Below are positions 13,547 through 25,167 of a stretch of DNA of 64,000 bases, piece after piece. The DNA is from Mobula hypostoma (taxonomy: Eukaryota). The position numbers and the translations under genes are program-made. The DNA is taken from the NCBI RefSeq assembly GCF_963921235.1, contig NW_026948112.1, positions 1 to 64,000 on the forward strand. The letters are read 5' to 3'. The notes under the pieces were generated by a model, which was not told the origin of the DNA, did not search any database, and was given only the letters and a program-made list of their open reading frames with translations. Each line of letters begins with the position of its first letter. The first letter of the stretch is position 1.

Positions 13547-13857
13547 TTTCTGAATATCAGAAAATAAATCTCCATGCTTGCCAGGTAGTTCTTTCACCTG
13601 TTTTTGCGGTGTAGGGTCCAAATGATGGACTTTATCAGTAATATTTTTCAAAACAATAGAATTCTGACATCTTGTTGTCTCTAGATTCAGTGGGAAAACA
13701 TGTTCTTTCATCCCATTATCAGATCCCACAACTCCATTTTGTTCCATAACAATTCTCCCGGGAGCCATTCTAACGAATGTGTGTTTTATTTTAATTTGAA
13801 CACTCTGTAAACTTTCTTTTGCAAGGTCAGAAATCGTATTAGATCCTTTCCAGAGTT

Positions 13858-15102
13858 TTAAAACATAATTAAGCATATGACACATGGTTCCAAATCAGAC
13901 CGTAGTTCTCTGAGTAGGGTCAAAGGTCCTTTTGGCCTGTAACTGAACACAGGATCCAACAGATCGCCCTCCAATGGCTTCTGAATCGATTCTCCAACAA
14001 TAAGTAAGAGGAAGAGAATCCCTTCATCCCAATTTTTCCCATTTTTCACACAATATGTTTTAATCATGGTCTTAAGAGTTGAGTTGAATCGTTCCAAGGC
14101 TCCCTTGGACTCTGTGTGATATGCAGATGACACCATGTGCTTAGCTTCCAATTCTCTAAGTATCCGCTGGAATGTTCTCGAAGTAAAGTTACCGCCCTGG
14201 TCAAATTGAATTTCTTTGGGCAGACCTACCAGTGTGAAAAACTTACTGAATGACTTCACCACAGTCTTGGCCTTGATATGTTCAAAAGACACAGCACACA
14301 TAATTGTTAATACATACTGATAACCAGCTGCAGTCTTTGGCAATGGGCTTACACAATCCACTATGACCCTAGAAAAAGGTTCACCAAAAGCATGTATCAG
14401 TTTTAGTTGTGCTACCTGAATAACCCGATTAGATTTCCCCTCAACTTGACAGATATGGCAAGTCCTGTAAAAATTCACAACATTCTTTCTTAAACTAGGC
14501 CAGTAAAATTCCTTCATAATCCTGTTCACTGTCTTTCTCACTCCATGTGATCCACCTAAAGGCATACTGTGAGCCATGTTTAAAATTTCAGCCCTGTAAA
14601 CTTTAGGAACCACCACATGATGTTCAATAACCCAATTCTCACTTGCAAGCACAATGGCTGGTCTCCACTTCATTAACACCCCATCTTTAAGATAATATCC
14701 CACTGACTCTCTCTGAACCTCCTCTCCTGTGAGAGTGATCTCCTTTGATGTCACCATTTCAGAATCTCGCTTCTGTTCCTCTATAAATCCCTTCCTCAAT
14801 AAGGACAAACCTTCCTCATGCTCCTTACTCTCATCAGCTTTACTACCCTCTAAGTTCTGCGGAAATCTGAAAGGTAGAAAAGTCTGTGACACATCATAAT
14901 AATTTAAATCTCTGGTTTTGCTGTCATAGGCCCCAACAGGCTTCCTAAACATGCTTTGAGTATCGGCGCATGTGAGATAAACATCAGCCTTTCTGTGTGA
15001 ATTCTCAGCAGCAGCTCTGCTCATCAGCTGAACAGCTATGTCAAACTTATCTTGGAGAGGTGTCAACATTCCTCCTTTGTTTACTAAACTTAGCACCATC
15101 AC
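13858..15102 (-). pseudogene. Gypsy integrase (HHCC zinc finger + DDE core) lying upstream of RT
   Basis: AHSMPLGGSHG...CHICQ, VIVDCVSPLPKT, IQFDQG and ALERFNSTLK in a 414-codon frame. Confidence 0.9.
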
Positions 15103-15820
15103 CAGGCTTATGAGAACCTTATGTATACATTGTGGAAGAGACTAAACAATCTATCCATCTAACCTTGCAGGTGGTGTACCTCCAAATGTCCAAACAAAAT
15201 TCAACAGAGAAGCACATCCTCCCTCGGCAGGCTTTTGTCCTGCAAGCAGGGTCAAAGGTCGTGCAACCAATCCAACCTATCCCAGCACTTTATCCAAAAG
15301 TCCAGGAACAGTACTTTTCCCATTATTTTCAGCAACACTGACTTCAGCAATTTTCCCCTCATCACTAACTTTTAGCTTACTGTCTAATACAAGTGACTGA
15401 GAATCCTCACAATCCACTGGTACCAAGGTTAACCCTTTATTCACTGAACCAAGATCATCTGACACAAAAAACTGCATTCCTTTTCAACCAAGTCAGACAC
15501 CTCAGAGTTCAGCTGAGCTTCAACACAAGATTCATAACCCTGTGAATTCCCAGGTACTTCAACAACCGGAACACAGGCAATCGGGGCACCTGCCTGTTCT
15601 GGGCTGTCATCACTTGTACCAGTTTCAAATTCAAGGTCACCCCAAACCTCCCAGCTATTCTCTGGCAAGCACCCATCTGGAGTAAACTCAAGCCCGTGGG
15701 TTAAAACCTCTTCGTCTGCTTTCTTAGCAGACCCCGCAGGGTGGCGGCATCCTCCAAACTTAGGTATGCCCTTACATCATCAGGAGCACAACTTTTAAAT
15801 TTATCGCACAAAACAAGCCC

Positions 15821-16219
15821 TTACGAGCTGTAAAAATCATCAGGGTCCCACACTAAACCTCTCAGCTGCCACATCTCTCTTTCAAACTCTTTCTGTCTCT
15901 CTGCCTCTCTAGCCTCCGGCTGTTTCAGTTGCAACTCATGCTGTCTTTTCCTATCCTCAGCCTCCAGCCTGCATTGCTCCACCTGAAGCTGAATGTCAGC
16001 CTCAGTAAGTTTACCTCCAGCGAACATTTTCAACACATCCTCAGTAAATTGTCTCGTCGAAACATAATATTCAACTATTTTTCTTTGAATTTCTATCTTA
16101 GTCAAACCCTTCTTTACCGTTGTAAGCTTTAATTCCTTAACAATGTCCCACAACTCATACTTTCTAGCTTTTGTCAAGGACACGGGGTTTGGCGATCCCA
16201 GAAATTCTGCAGCATCCAT
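15821..16219 (-). pseudogene. Gypsy gag N-terminus (helical domain + coiled coil), truncated
   Basis: ATG ~80 nt downstream of the PBS; E/R/Q-rich coiled coil; position between the 5' LTR and integrase. Confidence 0.75.
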
Positions 16220-16300
16220 TTCTGCTGTTTATTCCACACAAGAAAATGAAAAGAGATTTCCCCCCAATCAATTCAAACAAGCCGCCCACAATTTGTTCAT

Positions 16301-16318
16301 ATCCCGGACGAGCCCTCA
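16301..16318 (-). promoter_or_regulatory. Primer-binding site complementary to the tRNA-Pro 3' end
   Basis: Minus strand TGAGGGCTCGTCCGGGAT versus canonical TGGGGGCTCGTCCGGGAT (17/18), 4 nt from the LTR edge. Confidence 0.9.
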
Positions 16319-16322
16319 GTTT

Positions 16323-17128
16323 TGTCACGACCTCCATGACGGGTTAAAGAACCAGCAGAGATATAAAACACTTTGGAGTCCAGTATTGCTATTAACTGAT
16401 ATTATTTATTAGTAACTACGCAATACAGTAATATAAATGTAGATAAATCAAACAGGTTAGCAATGATTATATATAAGTAGGTGTGACATGTCTCCTCCAA
16501 AATCCTTTAAAAGCCACGGACTGTGACCACAACAAAGGCGACTGTTTTTTCTGTGGTGGGGCTATCAACCTAGGCAAAGGTTGGACACATGGATAACTCC
16601 CCACCGGTCAATCCCTTTTCTCACTGCAGGAGCCACTGGTCGATCTGCCTGATCGATCCTCCAAAAACTCTCTTTCTCTGTGGGCACAACAAAGCTCATT
16701 CAGTGTCCAAAACATGTGCCTAAAGTCTATATCATTGACCTCCTATTTATCTCACCGTACTGAGTACCAATTGTCATTCAAATAACTCCTCCTTCCTTTG
16801 ACTGTGTAAGAAATGTACAAGAAGGCAAATGTCCTTAGAGAAAGTATAAGCAACCTCCAGAGAAACTATAATATTGATTGTCCACCAAATAACGCCGCCC
16901 TTGGTTACCATAGCGACTTATGAGTTGCTCGGCGCTCTCTCTCTCCCAACTCAGCAGAAATCCAAAAGTTCCTCGTGCCTTAAAGTGACAGTCAAAAAGT
17001 TAGTCTTCGTCTCTCTCGCTCTTTTCAAAATAACATGTCAGCGTGAAATACCTCTCTCTCTCTCTTTTCAAAAGCACAGTTCATAGGAGTAATCACAGTT
17101 CATAGGGGTTAACCAGGACCCCGTCACT
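16323..17128 (-). repeat. 5' LTR of the Gypsy element (~806 bp, with an internal deletion near 16488)
   Basis: Homologous to 2647-3304 plus 7621-7936. Terminal A replaced by T, followed by the TSD ACCT. Confidence 0.9.
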
Positions 17129-17977
17129 ACCTTCACTCCATAAGTAAAGCGGTAAACACGATAGTTCCGCACTGTAGGTGTGTTTGGAAAAGGTATCAGT
17201 AATGTCCAAATCTATTAAATCAACGTTGTTAATGGGGATTATTAAGCCAGATACTATTCAACATAACGTTCATTTAATCTCAATCCTATCCTCAGAGATT
17301 GGCGATGAGACACGTGGAAGTCATTGGAGGTTTTCTGACGTGGTGACTTCATGATTTAAATACTTTGAATGTTAACGTGAGGACGATACATTGCTGCCAT
17401 CGTCCCTTTGCTTTAGACTCGAAAGGATTGCTTAAACGTTGTATGATTATAACTATGGATTATTTGTTATCTTTTATGCCACGCTCTACTATCATTAAAG
17501 TGTAAATGCGCTGAGAATGTAAAATTTGCACGGACGCTGGACATTTGTGAAATCACTTGAAAGATAAAGAGAGGTAATTTGTGCGTGAATGAACGGAAGA
17601 CAGTCGTGTGTTTGCTAGGTTTGTATTGAAAGGCTGTTTGAATTAATCCTCTGTTTCATGAAATGATATATACACCTGAAAATATCTGTTTCATTGAATG
17701 CAAACAATTTCCAGGAACTGATGTGATCTTCAGAGTGTGGGCTTCTTTCCGAAATTACATGAAGTGTTAGTGTATGTGGTGCCGCAACCACCCTCAACTT
17801 CTTCTACTCTTCAGAATATTTGATAAGGAAGTTCACTCTGGCAATTAACTGTTTATTTTGTATACGTCAGTTACCTGCAACAGTTTTGAAGGTATTAATG
17901 TGCAAGCTTAGATCTTTGTTTTGCCTTACATCCACATTTAGATACTGCTATTTTATTTTTCTGCTTTCGTATTGATT

Positions 17978-20428
17978 TAGAAACCATAGCAACCATAGAA
18001 ACACTACAACACAGAAAAGGCCTTTTGGCCCTTCTTGGCTGTGCCGAACCATTTTCTGCCTAGTCCCACTGACCTGCGCACGGACCATAACCCTCCATAC
18101 ACCACCCATCCATGTACCTGTCCAATTTATTCCTAAATGTTAAAAAAGAACCCGCTTTTACCACCTCGTCCGGCAGCTCATTCCACATTCCCACCACTCT
18201 CTGTGTGAAGAAGCCTCCCCTAATGTTCCCTTTAAACTTTTCCCCCTTCACCCTTAATCCACGTCCTCTGTTTTTTTCTCCCCATGCTTCAATGGAAAAA
18301 GCCTGCTTGCATTCACTCTATCTATATCCATCATAATTTTATATACCTCCATCAAATCTCCCCTCATTCTTCTAAGCTCCAGGGAATAAAGTCCTAACCT
18401 ATTCAACCTTTCTCTGTAACTGAGTTTCTCAAGTCCCGGCAACATCATTGTAAACCTTCTCTGCACTCTTCCAACCTTATTAATATCCTTCCTGTAATTT
18501 GGTGACCAAAACTGAGCACAATACTCCAGATTCGGCCTCACCAATGCCTTATACAACCGCATCATAACATTCCAGCTCTTATACTCAGTACTTTGATTGA
18601 TAAAGGCCAATGTACCAAAAGCTCTCTTTACGACGCTATCTACCTGTGACGACATATTTAGGGAATTTTGTATCTGTATTCCCAGATCCCTCTGTTCAAC
18701 TGCACTCCTCAGTGCCTTACCATTTACCCTGTATGTTCTACCTTGGTTTGTCCTTCCAAAGTGCAATACCTCACACTTGTCTGTATTAAACTCCATCTGC
18801 CATATTTCAGCCAATTTTTCCAGCTGGTCCAAATCCCTCAGTAAGCTTTGAAAACCTTCCTCACTGTCGAGTACACCTCCAGTCTTTGTATCATCAGCAA
18901 ATTTGCTGATCCAATTTGCCACATTATCATCCAGATCATTGATATAGATGACAAATAACAATGGACCCAGCACTGATCCCTGTGGCACACCACTAGTCAC
19001 AGGCCTCCACTCTGAGAAGCAATCCTCTACTACCACTCTTTGGCTTCTTCCATTGAGCCAATGTTTAATCCAATTTACCACCTCTCCGTGTATACCTAGT
19101 GACTGAATTTTCCTAACTAACCTCCCATGCGGGACCTTGTCAAAGGCCTTACTGAAGTCCATGTAGACAACATACACTGCCTTCTCTTCATCCACTTTCC
19201 TGGTAACCTCCTCGAAAAACTCCAATAGATTGGTCAAACATGACCTACCACGCACAAAGCCATGTTGACTCTCCCTAATAAGTCCCCGTCTATCGAAATG
19301 CTTGTAGATTCTGTCTCTTACTACTCCCTCCAATAACTTACCCACTACCAACGTCAAGCTTACTGGCTTATAATTTCCCAGATTACTTTTTGATTCTTTT
19401 TTAAACAACGGAACAACTTGAGCCATTCTCCAATCCTCTGGCACCTCACCCGTAGACACCGAAATTTTCAATATATCTGTGAGGGCCCCTGCAATTTCAA
19501 CACTAGTCTCCTTCAAGGTCCGAGGGAATACCCTTTCAGGCCCTGGTGATTTATCCACTTTAATTTGCCTCAGGATAGCAAGCACCTCCTCCTTTTCGAT
19601 CTGTATAGTTTCCATGATCTCACTACTTTTTTCCCCAATTCCATAGACTTCATGCCAGTTTCCTTAGTAAATACAGCAGCAAAAAAACCATTTATGTTCT
19701 CCCCCATTTTTTTTGGTTTCACACATAGCTGACCACTCTGATCTTCAAGAGGACCAATTTTATTCCTTACAATCCTTTTACTCTTAATATACCTGTAAAA
19801 GCTCTTTAGATTATCCTTCACTTTTACTGCCAAGGCAACCTCATGTCTTCTTTTAGCCCTCCTGATTTCCTTCTTCAGTATTTTCTTGCACGTTTTATAC
19901 TCCTCAAGTACCTTAATTACTCCCTGTTTCCTATACATGTCATACAATTCTCTCTTCTTCTTTATCAGAGTTGCAATATCCCTTGAGAACCAAGGTTCCT
20001 TATTCCTATTCACTTTGCCTTTAATCCTGACAGGAACATACAAGCTCTGCACTCTCAAAATTTCTCCTTTGAAGGCTTCCCACTTACCGATCACATCTTT
20101 GCCAGAGAACAACCTGTCCCAGTCCACGCTTGTTAGATCCTTTCCCATTTCTTCAAATTTGGCCTTCTTCCAGTATAGAACCTCAACCCTAGGACCAGAT
20201 GTATCCTTGTCCATGATCAAGTTGAACTTAATCTTGTTATGATCATTGGAACCAAAGTGCTCCCCTACCCACAGTTCCATCACCTGTCCTGAACTCGTTT
20301 CCTAATAAGAGATCTAATATTGCATCCCCTCTAGTTGGTACCTCTATATATTGATTTAGAAAGCTTTCCTGAACACGTTTTACAAACTCTAACCCATCTA
20401 GATCCCTAACAGTATGGGAGTCCAAATC
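17978..20428 (-). mobile_element. 5'-truncated CR1 (family D) ORF2 and 3' UTR
   Basis: ORFs 18060-18251, 18254-19615 (FADD RT), 19570-20283 and 20243-20440; (TTTCTATGG)-type tail. Confidence 0.94.
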
Positions 20429-21029
20429 AGGGAGACCCAATCAGATTTCAGGGAAAGATGCAGATTTCACATCGGCTATTTTGAATCATGGTTAAAGGGA
20501 TGAGGTTATGAGTGTATTTAGTCCGGGTAAGATAAACCCACTGTTCGAAGGTAAATTGACATCAGGACAAATTCATGTGTACTCGAATTGGGAATTCGAT
20601 ATTCACATTTTCTGAGGTTGGTTCATTTGGAGAGCACCAGAAGATGCTGCTGGAGACTTTGGAATGTTGACTTTGAGATTTGCATTGGAAAAGATTGTTT
20701 CGATATTATTGTAGCATCTGCCCTGTAGTATGTAGTCGGGAGTTCGGATTACATAGCGTGCAGTTCCATTCTGAAATTCAGCATTTTACTTACATCGTCT
20801 GCATAATTCAATAAATTATCTAAATGCTGCAGGATAGTCAAATTGAACTCTGTCTCTCATAACATTGTAATAGCAGAGTGGAGAAACAGTCATAAACTGT
20901 GCTAAAGTTGATACCTGCCTTGCGGTACACTACTAGCCACTGTCCTCCAGGCAGAATTTCCTCCATATACTACCTAATCGGCCTCTGTTAATAAGCCACT
21001 TCTGAGTCCACGCCACCACGTTTCCCTAC

Positions 21030-21750
21030 ATGGAATGCCATCTGACCCTCTGAATGTGCCTACCATGCACAACCGGTCAAACACTTCACAAAATTAATAA
21101 ATTCCACATCGACTGTTCTGACTTCATCTGTATATTGTTTTTCTTTCACGTTTTCAAGTGACTTACCTGATTTAAGACTGGCTGGCCTGTAGATCTCGGG
21201 ACTCTCTCTATTGAATTTTCTGAACAAAGAAAAAATCATTTGCTCTCCTCCAATCCTCCAGTACTACTTCTGTGGCCAGTGAAGACGGAAATATCATGTC
21301 CAAAAGCGCAGCAATATCTTCCCTCACTTTCTCCAAAGTATATCCCTTCTCGCAACTGGAAATGATTTGTTTTAATGTTTTACAAGTTTACAACGCATAA
21401 TTGTTATCGTCGACATGTCCCTGCATATATTCCTTTTTACGCTGTAACCACATTCATTAAGGTCCCCTCACTGGTGAAGCAAAAGATCGTTAAGGACCTT
21501 CACTGCCAACTTGCACTTCAGATCCATGTTTGCTATATTATCTCTGATCTGTCCCACCCTCTCTTTCGCCACTCTCCTGTTCTTCACGTACCTTAATGCG
21601 ACTCTCCAGGGCTTCTCATGTCTCCAAAGTTGATTTTAAATTTCCATCTTGGCTAACTTGTGATTTTCCATGGCGCTGATTACTTTCTTCCTGAACCTTA
21701 ATTATCTTTCTTTTTTATTCTTGACGAGTTGTTCCACATCTCTTGTCGCC
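21030..21750 (-). mobile_element. Highly degenerate old CR1 ORF2 relic
   Basis: Patches such as ctcctccaatcctccagtactacttctgtggccagtgaagac and gcagcaatatcttccctcactt match the reverse complement of the CR1 'PEDWR' and 'EVREEIA' coding regions. Confidence 0.5.
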
Positions 21751-22655
21751 TAGGGTTGCTTTACACGACCTTCCGTTACACGCCTCAACGTGACAAGCCC
21801 ATACTGAACACCAGTGCAAATGATACATTAAGAATTAACTATTGCGCATTTCAAGGAGCACAGCACTTCTCAATTTTAGCTCCCAAGTTCCTACCCAGCA
21901 GCAGCAATTAAATATATTCCATAGGGTCTGCTTCTATCCCGGTAAATCTCGAATAGTTGACCTGCGAAGAGAGCTGTCACCTGATCCTTTCATTTTCTGG
22001 TACGTGATCCTGGATGGACCGCCTCTCTAGTCCGCCTGTCCGCTCATTGTGTCAGGACTCCTTTCTTGACGCAACTGATAAATTCCGTCACATCTAAAAC
22101 TTTTAACGCGAGGAAATGCCAATAAATTTTAGTGAAGTTTAAGTTGCACGCGGCAACACTGTGTTCATATGCACCTGTCCAAAATCTATCTCCAGAACAA
22201 TTCCTCGCAGTCCAAGTATTTTTTTTTTGGTGATAGGGTGTGGGGTATGTGGTCTGTACAGGATACTCCCAAACTACTGATTGCTCCCTTTCTGCTTCTG
22301 AGCTCTACTTACAATCTATCTATAGACAATCTCTCCACGGTTTCTTCGCTTTCTGTTCCTGCGTTACTATCATGCTCTCCCTCTGTTCAATGGAACCCCT
22401 TTTACTCTCTTACTCTGTCCATTTTGAAACATCTGCACCCAATAATGTCCAGAAGCCTTTCCTGCGATAGTGCGGAATAAATCAATCAATGTAACAATCA
22501 TTGCCCAGATGCCTACCTTAACTGTCTAAAGTTTGCAATCCTCCGTGGATTTTGCGATTGAAGGATGGCCAGGCATAAGATTGTTTGAATTGGTGACATA
22601 TTTGCCAAACCAGTTTTATTCGAAAACTGTGCTGATTTGCAATTGGACATGGGCG

Positions 22656-24380
22656 CTATCTACATAGATGGCCATTTAATGTAAATACATACTTCATTCC
22701 ATTCTTCAACTCTTTTCTGAATTTCTTCTGTGCCGGTGTATAAATACAAGTATTGGTGCGCACACTGAGTAATTGCAATATATACCCAAATTGCTGTAGT
22801 ATATATACAGGAGAACTCAAATATTTGTCCTAATAAAAATAGTTTTGCGGTTGGCATTTCAGGGAACGAACTACAAAGGGTATCCACAATAATATGAAAT
22901 TAGCTGATATAGCAAACAAAAAAAATCATCGATTTTCTGCGCTTTTCCACCTCGGTATCGTTTATATTACCACTGCTGTTCCGAAGCCCTCTGCGACTCT
23001 ATTTGCGGCAATGATATGCCTTACTGTTAACCCATTGAACACTAGAATTAAACCGATCGGTAGCAACGGTCTAAAAATGCTATCCAGTGTTTCGTATATT
23101 TTCCACAGTGGTGAAGTAGCGTATTCGTGTGTGAAAGCGCAACGCCACGGTATGTTATCAATAATGATGTAAGGCTCAATGGCAAAGTACAAGGGGACAC
23201 ATTTCCCGCAGATCACTGTAACCATCGTCACGATCACCACCGTTGCTGTTCTCTCAGTGCAGTATCTTTCCTGCAGGTTTCGACAACATACTGCGATGAA
23301 ACGATCGAAGGTAAAACTGACCGTAAACCAAACAGAACAGTCTATTGTTGCAACAAAGATAAATGTCAGAGCACATACAGGAGTGATGAGCAGGGATCTG
23401 GAATACATGTAGATATTGTTGGTCTGTTCCACTAAAGCGACTACTATAACCACCATCAGATCCGCTATTGCCATTCCAACCAGGTAACGGGTGATGCATT
23501 TGGAGAGCCCGCATTTTCCCCGAGAAAGGATCACAATCGCGGTTAGATTAACTACAAGAAATATGGAGGGAGGGGTGAAAAAACAGAAACATTGTTAGCT
23601 GCAACTGTTTGTATCCCCAATATTCTTTCGATGCTATGCAGGGTATACATTTTTGGGAAGTGGGGAGCAGGAATCCAGCCTGTGCGGGCTCCGTCAGTGC
23701 ACTACAGCGAGTTGACTATAATAGACTGGAGAGCCAGTGGGTTGGCGACCTTCCGTCAGTTCAGAGCGGCGTCTGATTTCCACGACACACGGGCACGATC
23801 AATCGCTCCAGGAGCAACAGCATTCCCATTATTTGAGGCGAAACATCTGAAGGGATTATATGTAGTGGGCACAAAGTGGAATCAATGAGATATAAAGCAC
23901 ACGTTCTCTTTACCTGACATATGGAAGAGCAGAACTGCGTCTCGAAAATAGACTGGCCGGTCATCTGAAAAGGCTGTCATATTGTATTTGTGAAGTCGAA
24001 GTATCTGTATTGACAAAGACTTAGACCTAGTAAACCATAGACCAATATTGATTCAGAAGTCCGATCAAGGTGTAATTATGATACTGTGTCAATATCGGCA
24101 CCTACGTAATTGACAGGAAACAGAAATATCACGTCTAAAAAAATATGGAAGATGAAAACAAAGCTATCAGATGCTTGAACCCTCCATTCTAGAGAAAAAA
24201 AAAACATCAGACGAGAGTAGAATTTGAGCTGGCGAAATGTCCGAACTGTGCAGCGGAACAAAAGCAAGACGACGGCACTACACATATAGTGACCAGCTCC
24301 AGTATCTTACCAGGGACACCAATCGCTACAATTACAGGATGGAAAATGGCCGCGGTGTAGTAAATCGCTGGATATCCCAT
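22656..24380 (-). pseudogene. Two-exon class-A orphan GPCR pseudogene, GPR139/GPR142-like (exon 1 24311-24380, exon 2 22656-23551)
   Basis: Exon 1 MGYPAIYYTAAIFHPVIVAIGVP|GTAAGA and acceptor TTTCTTGTAG|. Exon 2 reads VNLTAIVILSRGKCGLSKCITRYLVGMAIADL...FTFDRFIAVCC...NTCIY...KFRKELK to TAG at 22656. Lesions: 1-nt deletion ~22995, extra T ~22920, in-frame TAG 22830-22832. Confidence 0.88.
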
Positions 24381-24447
24381 ATACCGGCAGGAGCAGCGTT
24401 CAGTTTTTCTCTAACTGCTCTTATGGATCGGTGATCGGTTTTACACA

Positions 24448-24455
24448 TTTATATA
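24448..24455 (-). promoter_or_regulatory. Candidate TATA box of the GPCR gene
   Basis: TATATAAA on the minus strand ~70 nt upstream of the exon-1 ATG. Confidence 0.4.
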
Positions 24456-25167
24456 CAATTGAGAGCAATTCCACTGAGACAATTAGTCTGGTTATCACGT
24501 CAGTCACATCAGGGACAACTAGCCACACAGACACTGACATTGAAGTGTTTTTTTTCTCTCATACTGTCACTGTAACATGAATTTTCTTCTCAAGGGATGC
24601 TTCAAGATAAAACTAAATGTCTGTATTTGTTAATTAGTATTCATGGCGTGTGTAATCCTGAATAATTTTGTTGTGCATTTTAAATAAGGTAATGTGCCTT
24701 TTACCGATTATGTTTAATGTCACACTGTTAATTCCTTGTATTCAGTAGCTTTATAAATACCCATTACTGATTGATAAATGTTAGTTTCTGCCAGCTATAT
24801 ACAGAAAATCATAGGTATGTAACATACATATAATGCATAGTTAACAGTGTAACATGTTCATTTTCTTAAGCGTATTTGTAGCAGTCTGGTTAAATAAAAG
24901 GCATGAAACACTGTTGCTTAATAGTACTCTTGTAAAATCAATCAAAATTCATTGATTGGTATGTAAAGGCATGGAATGTAACTTATGCAATAACCTACAT
25001 TATTGTATTCTCTTCATCCAATGAAGAGTTTATTGTTCATGATATCATTAACTTGGATCATTGTGAATTTGCTAACAACTTTTAGCTAATAGCTTTTAGG
25101 TGCTGGAAAGTCAGAAGGCACTTATATATGTGAATTATATATATATAAGCACTTATATATGTAAAAA

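Larger units (their letters stand above)
2647..17128 (-). mobile_element. Full-length decayed Ty3/Gypsy LTR retrotransposon, Gmr1-like (gag-INT-RT-RNaseH order), interrupted by three CR1 insertions
   Basis: Two homologous LTRs, flanking direct repeat ACCT (2643-2646 and 17129-17132), tRNA-Pro PBS, and gag, integrase, RT and RNase H remnants all on the minus strand. Confidence 0.92.

Noticed and set aside
16301..16318. tRNA-Pro-like sequence on the plus strand
   Set aside because: Only the 3' 18 nt, adjacent to an LTR: a PBS, not a tRNA gene.
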